From positions 124,001-188,000 of the IMG/VR virus record IMGVR_UViG_3300021959_006010: DNA of 64,000 nucleotides, one strand, 5' to 3'. The notes under the pieces were generated by a model that was not told the origin of the DNA, made no database searches, and saw nothing but the letters and a program-made list of their open reading frames with translations. Below are positions 37,557-47,103 of the stretch, piece after piece (position 1 is the first letter of the stretch; every line of letters starts with the position of its first letter). A program made the position numbers and the translations under genes.

Positions 37557-38276
37557 TTAGTCCCAGAGGTTTTCATAGTACTTTCCAAATAATCTAAATC
37601 CATTAGAGATACGTTCTTGATATGCCTTGCGTCCTTCCCAATCATACACTCGAGTATCGTTAGGACCTTTTACCATTTGGTAGTTGCCATCTTCTAGTTT
37701 CTTCCACTGGACGTCCCATTCACCTGACTCAAACTGTTCTTCCCAACTATTGTCCAGTTTGCTTTCGAACGCAAATATCATTTCGTCTAGTACCCAGTCC
37801 CAACGCTCAAAGTGTGTGCTATCAGTTTCGCAGTTGTCTTTCTGCTTCTTGGTCTGCTTCTTAGGCTTTAGTTCTGGCGGACATTCCTTTGGATCAATAT
37901 AAGGAGCACCGTGTTTGGTTGCCTTTAGTTGCTTGAGCATAGGCAATACAATGTGTGCTAGAGTATGATCCATGCTCCATGTATCCCAACGATCGATTCG
38001 CACTTCAATCTTTTGTTCTTGCTTACTATGTATCCAAGATAGAAACTTGTAAAGCCAAGTAGTAGGACGGCGATCGCCTCCCCAGTCACGCACTTCACCT
38101 ACTTCTGCTTCTGGCTCAATGCTACCGTGAGCAAGCCATTCGCCAAACTTGTGTACACGCTCCGCAGTGTGCGGAAAGCCGTACTCGTCCTTTTCTTTCG
38201 GCACCCAAAACATAAGTGTTTCGGCCAACTGATATGGCCCGTACCATGATTCATATTTTCCAATTTTAACTTTCAT
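37557..38276 (-). CDS. Trp-rich hypothetical protein
   Basis: 239 aa; DTWSMDHTLAHIVLPMLKQLK. Confidence 0.65.
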   Translation of the reverse strand: MKVKIGKYESWYGPYQLAETLMFWVPKEKDEYGFPHTAERVHKFGEWLAHGSIEPEAEVGEVRDWGGDRRPTTWLYKFLSWIHSKQEQKIEVRIDRWDTWSMDHTLAHIVLPMLKQLKATKHGAPYIDPKECPPELKPKKQTKKQKDNCETDSTHFERWDWVLDEMIFAFESKLDNSWEEQFESGEWDVQWKKLEDGNYQMVKGPNDTRVYDWEGRKAYQERISNGFRLFGKYYENLWD

Positions 38277-38454
38277 AACTTACCACCACTACATTATGTT
38301 CTTTGCCTGGTATGACCCAAGGTTGTGCATATTCCATTGCTGTTTCTGCATCTTCAAATAGCAAAGGTTTCAAGTCCCAACAATGATCTGTTTTCTCAGT
38401 AATAAAAATCCAATCATCTTCTACCTCGTCCAGGCATACCATTATTGCGTACAC
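38266..38454 (-). CDS. Hypothetical protein
   Basis: 62 aa ORF. Confidence 0.5.
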   Translation of the reverse strand: MYAIMVCLDEVEDDWIFITEKTDHCWDLKPLLFEDAETAMEYAQPWVIPGKEHNVVVVSYES

Positions 38455-38555
38455 GTCACAGTTTCTCTCGTGTCCTTGTTATAAAGTGTTACACCAAATG
38501 CATAAACACTTACTAATAACCAACCATCTTCTCTTTTGTAATCACTTACGGTCAT
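38442..38555 (-). CDS. Possible 37 aa ORF filling the gap
   Basis: MTVSDYKREDGWLLVSVYAFGVTLYNKDTRETVTCTQ. Confidence 0.35.
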   Translation of the reverse strand: MTVSDYKREDGWLLVSVYAFGVTLYNKDTRETVTCTQ

Positions 38556-38757
38556 AGTCTAGTTCCTCTAATGGTTCAAAGCTCTCTTCAATATACTTCA
38601 TATTATACTGCGAAGGATAATGTCTTAGCAATCGTTGTGCTTCTTCACGCACTGCACGTGGTACACGAGGGTATTTCTTAGGATCTCGCAGATCCATTAA
38701 GAAACGTTCTACTCGCAATACTGCATTTGTACGTTCTATTGGAAGTGTCATTTGCAA
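38542..38757 (-). CDS. Hypothetical protein
   Basis: 71 aa; TLPIERTNAV...LLRHYPS. Confidence 0.6.
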   Translation of the reverse strand: MQMTLPIERTNAVLRVERFLMDLRDPKKYPRVPRAVREEAQRLLRHYPSQYNMKYIEESFEPLEELDYDRK

Positions 38758-38969
38758 TCCTCAATAAAAATCTTTAGTGTGCGATCATCGTCTTGAAGCA
38801 TATAATGCATCCATTCGTCAGGTTTAAAATAACGCACGTACTCGCGCCCGTCTGACCCAATTACTTCTACACGGCTTACGTCTTTAAACTGTAAATCTTT
38901 TAAATTACTTGCCATTTCATTTAAATCGCTCATTATGATAGTCCTGTAATCAATTGATAATTGTCCCAC
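38748..38969 (-). CDS. Hypothetical protein
   Basis: 73 aa; start may be MSDLNE. Confidence 0.5.
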   Translation of the reverse strand: MGQLSIDYRTIIMSDLNEMASNLKDLQFKDVSRVEVIGSDGREYVRYFKPDEWMHYMLQDDDRTLKIFIEDCK

Positions 38970-39313
38970 GCTTTTTGTTGTGCAGGTGTCATTTCTTCAG
39001 GCGGTACAAAGCACTCTAACCAGTAGTAGGGCATACGCTGTGGATGTGCCTTAAACTGTCGTGGCTGATGTAGTTTGCCCGAGTCATATAACTCTATTAG
39101 TATGTCGTGCATTGCTTTTTGACGATCTTCTAGTCCAGCCCATTCGGGATGGCTAAGTCCGCCGTACAAGTAACCTTCCCAGATTTGACTCCAGTGGTTG
39201 TCATTGTGCGGGTTTATATCTGTCCTAGCAACAATAACTAGTACATCGCCGATGTCTACACGTTCTTCTAAAATATCCCTCATGCATCTGCTGAGGCTAA
39301 GTCCGATTTTCAT
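38933..39313 (-). CDS. Hypothetical protein
   Basis: 126 aa coupled ORF. Confidence 0.6.
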   Translation of the reverse strand: MKIGLSLSRCMRDILEERVDIGDVLVIVARTDINPHNDNHWSQIWEGYLYGGLSHPEWAGLEDRQKAMHDILIELYDSGKLHQPRQFKAHPQRMPYYWLECFVPPEEMTPAQQKAWDNYQLITGLS

Positions 39314-39540
39314 TGGTCTGCGTATTCTCCCATTGCGATCTTAAATTTTCTAGCACTTTCTTCATATTCGAAATGGAATGTATGCTCATAAACATCTGTC
39401 CATGTAGTAACACTCCATTGGTGTTGTTGACAATTCCTTTTAGCAAATGTTTTTCCACGATCAACTACATCACTGTGTAGTCTTACAGTATATCCTGGCT
39501 TCCAACGCTGTTTATATTCAAATATTTCTACAGGTGTCAT
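39310..39540 (-). CDS. Hypothetical protein
   Basis: 76 aa coupled ORF. Confidence 0.6.
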   Translation of the reverse strand: MTPVEIFEYKQRWKPGYTVRLHSDVVDRGKTFAKRNCQQHQWSVTTWTDVYEHTFHFEYEESARKFKIAMGEYADQ

Positions 39541-39782
39541 TAGTGTATAGTTCCTGTTAAAGGTTCGCCGATGCCATCGTCATCGTCTTCATCAAATTCT
39601 TTAGGATCGATACCAAATACATCTATACATAATTTTATAATGCTTTCAGGTACAGGATCTTCCTCCATATTCTTTGGAACCCATAATCCTTTTAACAATC
39701 CAGTTTTGCCGCAAATAATAAGTCCAAAGTCAGTATCTTCTAATGCTTCGCCAAATTCTAATTCGTGATTATTCTCGCTCAT
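39540..39782 (-). CDS. Acidic hypothetical protein
   Basis: 80 aa coupled ORF. Confidence 0.6.
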   Translation of the reverse strand: MSENNHELEFGEALEDTDFGLIICGKTGLLKGLWVPKNMEEDPVPESIIKLCIDVFGIDPKEFDEDDDDGIGEPLTGTIH

Positions 39783-39912
39783 TTGGTTCCATACCTTTTC
39801 TTGTAAATTCTTTAGCTCTTTTTACTTGTTCTTTCTCTGACAGTCTTGAGTTAGACAAATATGTTTTCCACATTTTAAACAGCTTCTTTTTATCAATACT
39901 GTCATCGCTCAT
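39769..39912 (-). CDS. Small basic hypothetical protein (47 aa)
   Basis: MSDDSIDKKKLFKMWKTYLSNSRLSEKEQVKRAKEFTRKGMEPNERE fills the gap and is coupled to upstream ORF. Confidence 0.5.
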   Translation of the reverse strand: MSDDSIDKKKLFKMWKTYLSNSRLSEKEQVKRAKEFTRKGMEPNERE

Positions 39913-40385
39913 ACTTGACAGTCCTTGCCCGGATACACATATTCTTCTTCTTTACGCTGTGCAAATAAATCTTCTACGTCTTTAGCAATAAATTTACCGT
40001 TAATAACTCGCATCACTAAATCGCAGCCATTGCTTTTAATATACACCCGGCCGCCGTCAATCATTTTACCATTATCTAGTGTTCGATAATCATGATGAGT
40101 TTGACTGTAATAGTACTTACCTTCTTCTTCAATCATACCAAACTCAAGTGACTCCACAACATCTGCGTTAGTAATCATAAGGTGACCTCTAACATTATCG
40201 TAATACAACCCAAAATAACGATTACCAAACTCGGGATGAGGCGTTTCTCTATAGTACACATCCACAGGGACATCACTAGCAGTAAGATCTGTAGTGCAAA
40301 CATATTTTACCTCCACTCCGTCTTTATTAGTATAGTGCTCTGTGACCTTTTCTACATCAAAGTTAGGTCTATGTTGAATATTCAT
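39909..40385 (-). CDS. Hypothetical protein
   Basis: 158 aa; HPEFGNRYFG...IDGGR. Confidence 0.6.
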   Translation of the reverse strand: MNIQHRPNFDVEKVTEHYTNKDGVEVKYVCTTDLTASDVPVDVYYRETPHPEFGNRYFGLYYDNVRGHLMITNADVVESLEFGMIEEEGKYYYSQTHHDYRTLDNGKMIDGGRVYIKSNGCDLVMRVINGKFIAKDVEDLFAQRKEEEYVYPGKDCQV

Positions 40386-40968
40386 CTTTTACCTTCTTAG
40401 CAATAGTTTTATGGATACCAGGATTTACTTGTAATACATGAGGCATCATTTCATGTCTAATATAGTTTCTAGTATAACACGTATCTGTGTTGCTGTCATC
40501 CTCTATGTACGGTACATTTTTCAAATTACACCAAAGTTCAAAATCTCTTTTACGTGTGAGGCGGAAAGGACGGATCACGTTCTTGTTGCGGTAGGGGATA
40601 ATTTTTCCTGTACCGTGCATACTGCTCCACACCCAAGTTTCTACACAATCATCTAAGTGATGGCAGGTAATAATATCTGCGTTAATTGTAGAGAAAAACT
40701 TGTAACGTTCATTGCGCCAGTATTCTTCTTGGCTTTCATTTTGATCACGCTCTCGAGTGATACGACCATACAAAAGACCTAGGCCGTGTTCGTTGCAGTA
40801 ATCGCCAATAAAATATCCTGCTTCTTTACTGTGTTCTGTGCCATGATCAAAATACATAACCGAAACAGTATGATTGTTGCGTAAAAAGTCTACAACTGCC
40901 ATCGAGTCTACGCCGCCTGAACAGGCAACGTAAACTTCTCTTGGTAACTTATTCTGTAGTTTTATCAT
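40369..40968 (-). CDS. tilS: tRNA(Ile)-lysidine synthetase-like PP-loop ATPase, short form
   Basis: CSGGVDS, EEYWRNERY, TCHHLDDCVET, IRPF, EDDSN...RNYIRH. Confidence 0.8.
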   Translation of the reverse strand: MIKLQNKLPREVYVACSGGVDSMAVVDFLRNNHTVSVMYFDHGTEHSKEAGYFIGDYCNEHGLGLLYGRITRERDQNESQEEYWRNERYKFFSTINADIITCHHLDDCVETWVWSSMHGTGKIIPYRNKNVIRPFRLTRKRDFELWCNLKNVPYIEDDSNTDTCYTRNYIRHEMMPHVLQVNPGIHKTIAKKVKDEYST

Positions 40969-41176
40969 CGTGCCACTCGGTATGTTTTAAAATTTCTACA
41001 TTATCACCTTGTCCACGAGTCTTTAAATACCCTTGTTCTATTAAACTATCAATTACTAATTCTGCTGTAAGAAGTCCTTTAGAGTTTGATCCCCATGTCC
41101 ATCCTACTGCTGTAAAAATTACTGCTGTGAGTAACAACCAAATTTCGTTTACCCATAGTTCCATGTTATCCTCCAA
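40949..41176 (-). CDS. Small single-TM protein
   Basis: 75 aa with hydrophobic N-term. Confidence 0.55.
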   Translation of the reverse strand: MEDNMELWVNEIWLLLTAVIFTAVGWTWGSNSKGLLTAELVIDSLIEQGYLKTRGQGDNVEILKHTEWHDDKTTE

Positions 41177-41333
41177 ACAACCAAACTAATGCCGCACCTA
41201 CAAAAATCCAAGGTGCTAACTGCCAACCAAGTTTAATTGCTCCTGCAACTACTGCAAGTACTACACCAAAAGTAAAACCGAATACTAATAAAGGTTGTAA
41301 TACGTCCCATGCTAAACTTAAATCGCCACCCAT
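41166..41333 (-). CDS. Small two-TM protein (55 aa)
   Basis: MGGDLSLAWDVLQPLLVFGFTFGVVLAVVAGAIKLGWQLAPWIFVGAALVWLFGG; TAAATA and GGGAG upstream. Confidence 0.6.
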   Translation of the reverse strand: MGGDLSLAWDVLQPLLVFGFTFGVVLAVVAGAIKLGWQLAPWIFVGAALVWLFGG

Positions 41334-41377
41334 TTTACTCTCCCTTTAATGTATTTAACATTACACAAATCATATTT

Positions 41378-42217
41378 TTACACCTTATACAATCTTACAT
41401 AATTTAAACGAGTTTCGTTTGCTTCAAACAAACGATTTTTAGTTTGTGACTTAACCTTTGCTTTAATACGCTTGCGGTCTCCCACCGCATATTCAAATTT
41501 ATTCATAAAAGACACAAGGTTACCGTCAGTAGTAACTGCTGTATAGTTGTATGATTCCCACTGTGTGCTGTAACGCTTGTCAAGAATTTTTACAACAGTT
41601 TCAACAATGTCTTTTTCTTTACCAAGATACTGGCTGTCGCGATACTCAACTCGAATCTCTTTCTTTAGTCCATTTTCGTGCTGATCACGTTTGATAAATT
41701 CTGGAGCATATGCAATGCGACCCATACCTACAACACGAACTTCGTCCTGTGTCAGTTCTGTTACCATATCTGCTTTAAAGTTGTCAAGCTCGCCTAAACC
41801 AAGCATCACATAACGCTTCATCCACTTGATTGCTTCTTGTACACTAGCATAATCGCCTTCGGTAGGTTCAAACATAACAAAGTCTGTAGGAAGATATTGT
41901 GCATTACTACTGTTGGTTTTCTGCTCCCAGTAGAACCGAACAAGATCTTTATTAGCAAATTGTGTCTTGTTTTCTTCTTCGCTAAATCGACGGGTATGCT
42001 TAACATAAGTTTCTTTGTTAATTCGATAGGCAGCATACGCTACTGCGAGTGCATCTGTAAGCGGAACAGTTTTCATTGGAAGTACCTTATGCTTATTTCC
42101 TGCAATAGTAATGCTAGGAGTTTCGTCAGCAAGTTCGTATTCTAGTTCCCAACGCTTAAACTCTGACTTGCTCATACTACCCCAGTCAAGGGTATCTGGA
42201 TTAGGAAGTTTTGCCAT
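41378..42217 (-). CDS. Hypothetical protein, possible C-terminal OB-fold
   Basis: 279 aa under its own sigma70 promoter (TTGACA 42277-42282, 17 nt, TATAGT). Confidence 0.6.
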   Translation of the reverse strand: MAKLPNPDTLDWGSMSKSEFKRWELEYELADETPSITIAGNKHKVLPMKTVPLTDALAVAYAAYRINKETYVKHTRRFSEEENKTQFANKDLVRFYWEQKTNSSNAQYLPTDFVMFEPTEGDYASVQEAIKWMKRYVMLGLGELDNFKADMVTELTQDEVRVVGMGRIAYAPEFIKRDQHENGLKKEIRVEYRDSQYLGKEKDIVETVVKILDKRYSTQWESYNYTAVTTDGNLVSFMNKFEYAVGDRKRIKAKVKSQTKNRLFEANETRLNYVRLYKV

Positions 42218-42268
42218 AATGTGCCTCTATGTGTTTGCCTAAGTTATGTATATACTATAACACCGAAC

Positions 42269-42748
42269 CTAATCGATGTCAACCGAATCAAAGAATTTTT
42301 CAAAAATAATTTCTAAAGTTTCTTCGTCATAAGGAAACGTTCCGTCAAAACGATAATGATATCTAAGTCCGTCAGCACATACAATATTTTTTTCTACAAT
42401 ATGACGTAGGTCCTCTCTTCCACATAATAATCTCTCACGACATAGTTCAATATTATCTTGCATAAGATCAACACCATAAATGTTACTAAGTGCGTGTTCG
42501 AACGTGCTACCATTCTCCATCTTACGTATAAGTATTTCGCCTAAAAATTGTCCATCACCGCAACTCGGTTCAAGATATGTTTTTGTAGGATCTGTAAACA
42601 ACTCTCGCGGAAGTTGATCAAGTACTTCGTTTACAAGTTCAGTTGGCGTAAAAACTTCGCCAGTTGATTTAACTCTAACTTCTTCTCGTTCTATTCCACT
42701 CATATACGATCTATTTCGTATGTGATTTTTTATCTTCTTCAGATCCAA
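42269..42748 (-). CDS. Short N6-adenine methyltransferase-like protein (motifs X, I-III only)
   Basis: STGEVFTP, YLEPSCGDGQFL, YGVDLMQDN; no NPPY motif. Confidence 0.75.
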   Translation of the reverse strand: MDLKKIKNHIRNRSYMSGIEREEVRVKSTGEVFTPTELVNEVLDQLPRELFTDPTKTYLEPSCGDGQFLGEILIRKMENGSTFEHALSNIYGVDLMQDNIELCRERLLCGREDLRHIVEKNIVCADGLRYHYRFDGTFPYDEETLEIIFEKFFDSVDID

Positions 42749-43997
42749 TTTCTTGTACCTTTTTTAATTCTTCAGGAGTTAGATTAAAAATAGTTGCAAT
42801 GTTAATATCTTGTGTGAGATCAATCTTTTTCAAGTATTTTAAAAACTTGATATTAGGAGCACGACCTTCTTGAGTAATAACTTTAAAGAATTTACAAAGA
42901 TCAGAAACACATAGTTCTTTTAGCGATTCTGCTTCTTTTGCTGTCTTTGTGCTGTAAGAAATTACCCCGTGTCCGCCCAAAGGATGCTGTTGACAACCTG
43001 ACAGCATGTTTCCGTTATAATCAATAACGTAACTAGTTCCAAGCATTGCAGTGATAAACTTTGGTCCTCTTGGATCAAATCCTTCGTTTTGTTTCTTTAA
43101 TTTTTCTAGCTTTTTTTCTGTTACTGTGACTTGATAAGTTACTGGGTTATTGCCTGCTTTGATTCCGCCAATTGCAGTAAATTCTCCATTAGGATCTTCT
43201 ACAAAATTATTTTTATCAAACTTACCAATATCGGCACTAGTACCGTTGTAATTATTAGGTCCATCGCTATCAAAACACTTGTCTACGATTGACATTACTA
43301 CTGGATCGGCAGCATACTTCTTTAGTTGTAACATTTTATAAGTATCGTGCTTTATAGTACCTTCGTCGGAAAGTTCTATATAGCTGTCTTTAAAATTTGT
43401 AGTTTTTTGTACAACTGAGTATCCGATTTCAACACCAATGTTTGGAAAATGTTTTTGTACACGATTACCTTTTGAAACCATATGCACAGTTCCAGCTCGT
43501 TCCATATTTGTACCATCTACTTTATGTCCAAACAACCCTGGAAAAAGAGTAGGAGGAGTAATTAAAGCAACATATCCTCCGTCTTTAACTAAGTTATACG
43601 ACTTATTATAAAAATGCTGATAAATTGCATTCTTGCCGTTTGGATGCTTAAATGGAGGGTTGCCTATTACTACGTCAAATTGCATATCAGTTTTCCATTC
43701 TAAAAAGTCTGATTTAATAACATTTTCAAAACCTTTGTTTTTTAAATCGTTAGTAAACACTTTGTACTTATCGGTCAAGTAAATGCTATTTTTAATGTCT
43801 TGAACCGAACGTCCAAGACGAAGCATACGTTGTGCAACTGCGTTTGCTTCAGTGGCATGTCCACTTGCAATAGATAAGATTTTTACATTGTCTTTGAGTA
43901 AGAGTGCATCAGGTATGTTTTCGAGGATTTCATCCCATAATTCTTTCGAATCAGGTTTACCTAAAATGCCTTTGGTAAGATCACGTACAAAACGCAT
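42711..43997 (-). CDS. Amino-methyltransferase/specificity protein (Eco57I-like fold) with degenerate motif I
   Basis: FDVVIGNPPF, GGYVALITP; motif I reads SIASGHAT; own promoter TTGACA-17-TATAAT at 44024-44052. Confidence 0.75.
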   Translation of the reverse strand: MRFVRDLTKGILGKPDSKELWDEILENIPDALLLKDNVKILSIASGHATEANAVAQRMLRLGRSVQDIKNSIYLTDKYKVFTNDLKNKGFENVIKSDFLEWKTDMQFDVVIGNPPFKHPNGKNAIYQHFYNKSYNLVKDGGYVALITPPTLFPGLFGHKVDGTNMERAGTVHMVSKGNRVQKHFPNIGVEIGYSVVQKTTNFKDSYIELSDEGTIKHDTYKMLQLKKYAADPVVMSIVDKCFDSDGPNNYNGTSADIGKFDKNNFVEDPNGEFTAIGGIKAGNNPVTYQVTVTEKKLEKLKKQNEGFDPRGPKFITAMLGTSYVIDYNGNMLSGCQQHPLGGHGVISYSTKTAKEAESLKELCVSDLCKFFKVITQEGRAPNIKFLKYLKKIDLTQDINIATIFNLTPEELKKVQEIGSEEDKKSHTK

Positions 43998-44029
43998 AAC
44001 GCCCTCGTTTATTAACTATGTATATTATA

Positions 44030-45370
44030 CTATACAATAAATGGACTGTCAACTGTATTCTTAGAGTTTTGTACAATTACATCTAGGATAGGTTCGTTCA
44101 AAAGATTTCTATCAAGAATCACTTCTACAAAGTCGGGCGAAACACCAAACAAGTCTTCAAACTCTTCTGCATCTTCTGTGTCATTACCGATTATTTGAAT
44201 ACATTCTCTATAGGTATTTCCTGCGTTAGCAAGATTGTAAACACTAGTTGCACTCATATTGAGAGATCTAACTGCATCATTGATAAGTTTTTCAAGAGCA
44301 ATTTTTTCGTTATCGGTTAATTTTGTTCTTTCAGTATCACCTTCTGTTATTCTATTTTTAGCCTTATTGATAGCGTTTCGTTTTTGCTTCTCAGAAGCAG
44401 ATGCTTTAACATTTGCAATGTCTTCAATGATATCTAAAACACTTTCAACGTCAACAGATACATCTGCAATACGTAATAGGTTTTCGTTATCTCCAAGTAT
44501 TTTAAACAAGTCTTCTTCGGTAACTTCAACGGCTGTACCGTAACGTACCTTAAAACAATCAATGCTAGATAGTACAAAACTTTGCGCACTTGGAAAGTCT
44601 AAATTTTCGCTTTTTTGAACCATTACAATTTCGTCAACAAGCAAACGCTCGATGTTCTCTGAACGGTTAGGATCAAAGCTCAAATCTAAAATATGTCCAT
44701 ACTCTTTAAAATTGCCGGAGTAAGTTTTGCCCGGAGTAAGACAACGGCTTACTTTTTGTTGTGTGGAATCTACACTTCCGCGATCATATGCAACGACAGT
44801 TGCTTGAATTTCCGAAATGCTGTAGCTACGTGAGCCCATTTGATTAGCAATAATAATTACACCTTCTTTGCCTGCCATACGTGCTTCGTTAATTTCTTTA
44901 GTAGTTTCGTATTGTGCTTGCTTATTGCTAGTGTAGTCGCCGTTAAGAATCTTAATATGATAATTAGGAATTGCACGTTCTGCAATTTCTTTAATCTGTT
45001 TCATCTCACGCTTGTTTGCACTTACTAACATCATAAAACAATCAATGCTTTCGCCAGTAAGATTGCTCAAGTTAATCTCTTGACGCAAGGGCTCTTCGCC
45101 AGTTAGACTAAGAAACAGTTTAGTAATAAATGCCTTGTTGCCGTTAGGCTTTCCCCAAATTTTAATCCAACTTGGTTGCACAACCTCATCAAACTCTTCA
45201 ACGTCTTTTTTAAGATTGTCTACTTCTAACATATAAAACTTACGTTTAACAATGTTTTCTTCAGTTTGTTCTAGTTGCGAGTATGCAGTATAGATAACAC
45301 CGTCAGCACGACCTGATCCTTTTGCAAGACGTTGTACATTTGTGCCGCTTGCGAAAACTTTAATTAACAT
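44030..45370 (-). CDS. SF2 helicase-like protein, C-terminal part (motifs III-VI)
   Basis: ASGT, IIIANQMGSRSYSI, QQKVSRCLT. Confidence 0.7.
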   Translation of the reverse strand: MLIKVFASGTNVQRLAKGSGRADGVIYTAYSQLEQTEENIVKRKFYMLEVDNLKKDVEEFDEVVQPSWIKIWGKPNGNKAFITKLFLSLTGEEPLRQEINLSNLTGESIDCFMMLVSANKREMKQIKEIAERAIPNYHIKILNGDYTSNKQAQYETTKEINEARMAGKEGVIIIANQMGSRSYSISEIQATVVAYDRGSVDSTQQKVSRCLTPGKTYSGNFKEYGHILDLSFDPNRSENIERLLVDEIVMVQKSENLDFPSAQSFVLSSIDCFKVRYGTAVEVTEEDLFKILGDNENLLRIADVSVDVESVLDIIEDIANVKASASEKQKRNAINKAKNRITEGDTERTKLTDNEKIALEKLINDAVRSLNMSATSVYNLANAGNTYRECIQIIGNDTEDAEEFEDLFGVSPDFVEVILDRNLLNEPILDVIVQNSKNTVDSPFIV

Positions 45371-46188
45371 GTTAAAAACTCCATCTTCTTAACTTGGTTG
45401 TCTGCATGTGTTCCGAAGTCACCTTCGTCTGCAAATACGAAAATGTCATCATTATTAATATTTGCAATCCACTTGTGTTTAGTAGACCATTCGTCAAAGT
45501 CGCCGTGCAATGATACAGGAATAATAATACGTTGGTTGTTGTCAAGTGCATGTATAGCACTCAACTCGTCTTGCACAAGTGCAATATCTAAAAAGTCATC
45601 GAACTGATCAAGCTCATCAATAAAACTACTGTGTACACTAAGCCAGTAAGCAGGTAATAGCATTACACGATTTCCATACTTTTTAGATATCTCATTAAAC
45701 AACATAAGAGCCCAAATAGTTTTACCAAATCGAGGACATAAATTTGCAATTACTGTAGCAATGTCGCCGCATTTCTCAATAATGTCCATTGCTTCGTCTA
45801 ATGCTTTCTTTTGCAACTTACGCAATTTTACTTTGTTACGAATTCGTTTACCTTCAAGTTCTGCAATTAAAGCGTCAATGTATGTATATGCATCTTCAAC
45901 GTTGTTGCCGGGAATCTTAAACCATTCTGTGCCTTTGCCGTCAGTATGGTGCAGTCCTCTTTTAGTAAGAACTTTGTGTAGTTCGTAATCTCGTTTGATT
46001 TTTTGCAAGTTATTCCATGCACCTACGTGTACTTTCGATTCGTACTCGGCTGCGCCGCCTTGTTCGTTCATACGAACTTCAACATCTCGAATACTATCAC
46101 CTACTTTTGTAAGTACATAGCCGTCGAAAAGTTTAATTGCACTTGGATAAGTGTAAGAATATATGTTAATCATGTGTCCCATGTCCAT
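45364..46188 (-). CDS. T5orf172/GIY-YIG-like nuclease fused to SF2 helicase N-terminal part (motifs I-II)
   Basis: TKVGDSIRDVEVRMNEQ...DYELHKVL...GTEWF; CPRFGKT; FADEGDFG; ends 7 nt into the next ORF. Confidence 0.7.
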   Translation of the reverse strand: MDMGHMINIYSYTYPSAIKLFDGYVLTKVGDSIRDVEVRMNEQGGAAEYESKVHVGAWNNLQKIKRDYELHKVLTKRGLHHTDGKGTEWFKIPGNNVEDAYTYIDALIAELEGKRIRNKVKLRKLQKKALDEAMDIIEKCGDIATVIANLCPRFGKTIWALMLFNEISKKYGNRVMLLPAYWLSVHSSFIDELDQFDDFLDIALVQDELSAIHALDNNQRIIIPVSLHGDFDEWSTKHKWIANINNDDIFVFADEGDFGTHADNQVKKMEFLTC

Positions 46189-46598
46189 TTTTTATTGCCA
46201 AGACCTTCTTGCTCTGCCCATCGTACAAATAGTCCGCACTCTCTTCCATGTGCTTCTATTTCCCACGGCTGATCCCAATAATCAGTAGTTGGGCTGATCA
46301 GTTTACCTTGCCATACGTTTTCAGATTTTAGTTCTTTACGGGCATACTGTTTTACATGCACCATTTCGTGTGCAACAGTTTCTAACAGTCTGCGTAATTT
46401 CAACGTGCGATCTACTTCAATTTCAAATGTACGTGTAGTTTCGCTTAAACAATAACCATACGCACCTTTAGGAGATGTTAGCTTAACGGTTATGTCTAGT
46501 GTACGCATACGCGGCATTAACTTCTTAATACAAAAGTTAACAATGCTTTCTACATACTTTTTTTGTGACTGTGTTCCGCCAATTATCGTAAGTTCCAT
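46170..46598 (-). CDS. HExxH zinc metallopeptidase-like protein (SprT-like)
   Basis: AHEMVHVKQY...PWEIEAH; promoter TTGACA-17-TATAAT at 46631-46659. Confidence 0.75.
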   Translation of the reverse strand: MELTIIGGTQSQKKYVESIVNFCIKKLMPRMRTLDITVKLTSPKGAYGYCLSETTRTFEIEVDRTLKLRRLLETVAHEMVHVKQYARKELKSENVWQGKLISPTTDYWDQPWEIEAHGRECGLFVRWAEQEGLGNKKWTWDT

Positions 46599-46667
46599 AG
46601 GAAGGTGCCCGTTTTTGTTAATATAGTATTATTATACGATCAAAAACAGTAAGTGTCAACCAAAGAT

Positions 46668-46886
46668 TTATGTTCTATATATAACGCGGCCTTTAGAAAG
46701 ATCATATGGAGACATTTCTACTGTAACTTTGTCTCCTTGTACTAGACGAATTTTGAATTTTCTCATTTTTCCTCCAGTATATGCAGTTATGATATGCTCA
46801 TTGTCTAATTTTACTTTGAACATTTGATTTGGTAATACTTCAACAATAGTACCGCTTAATTCGAACAAATCTTTGTCTTTGGCCAC
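46668..46886 (-). CDS. infA: Translation initiation factor IF-1
   Basis: [18 protein letters not shown]...[33 protein letters not shown]. Confidence 0.95.
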   Translation of the reverse strand: MAKDKDLFELSGTIVEVLPNQMFKVKLDNEHIITAYTGGKMRKFKIRLVQGDKVTVEMSPYDLSKGRVIYRT

Positions 46887-46888
46887 TT

Positions 46889-47077
46889 TTACTCCTCTTT
46901 GTTGATTTTTTCTAAAATCAATGTACCTTGATCGCCCACAGAAATTTTGAGAGTATCTCCCTCTTTTAAGTTTGCTGCTTCAAGAACTTCTGGCGGAATA
47001 TTCATTAGCACATTTTCGTCATCGCCAGGAATGTCTTCAAAAATATCTTCTACTTTATAAACAATTGGTTTTTCCAT
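46889..47077 (-). CDS. AbrB/MazE-like swapped-hairpin DNA-binding protein
   Basis: [23 protein letters not shown]; start MEKPIV. Confidence 0.7.
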   Translation of the reverse strand: MEKPIVYKVEDIFEDIPGDDENVLMNIPPEVLEAANLKEGDTLKISVGDQGTLILEKINKEE

Positions 47078-47103
47078 AGGGTTCTCCTCTGATAAATATT
47101 TAT

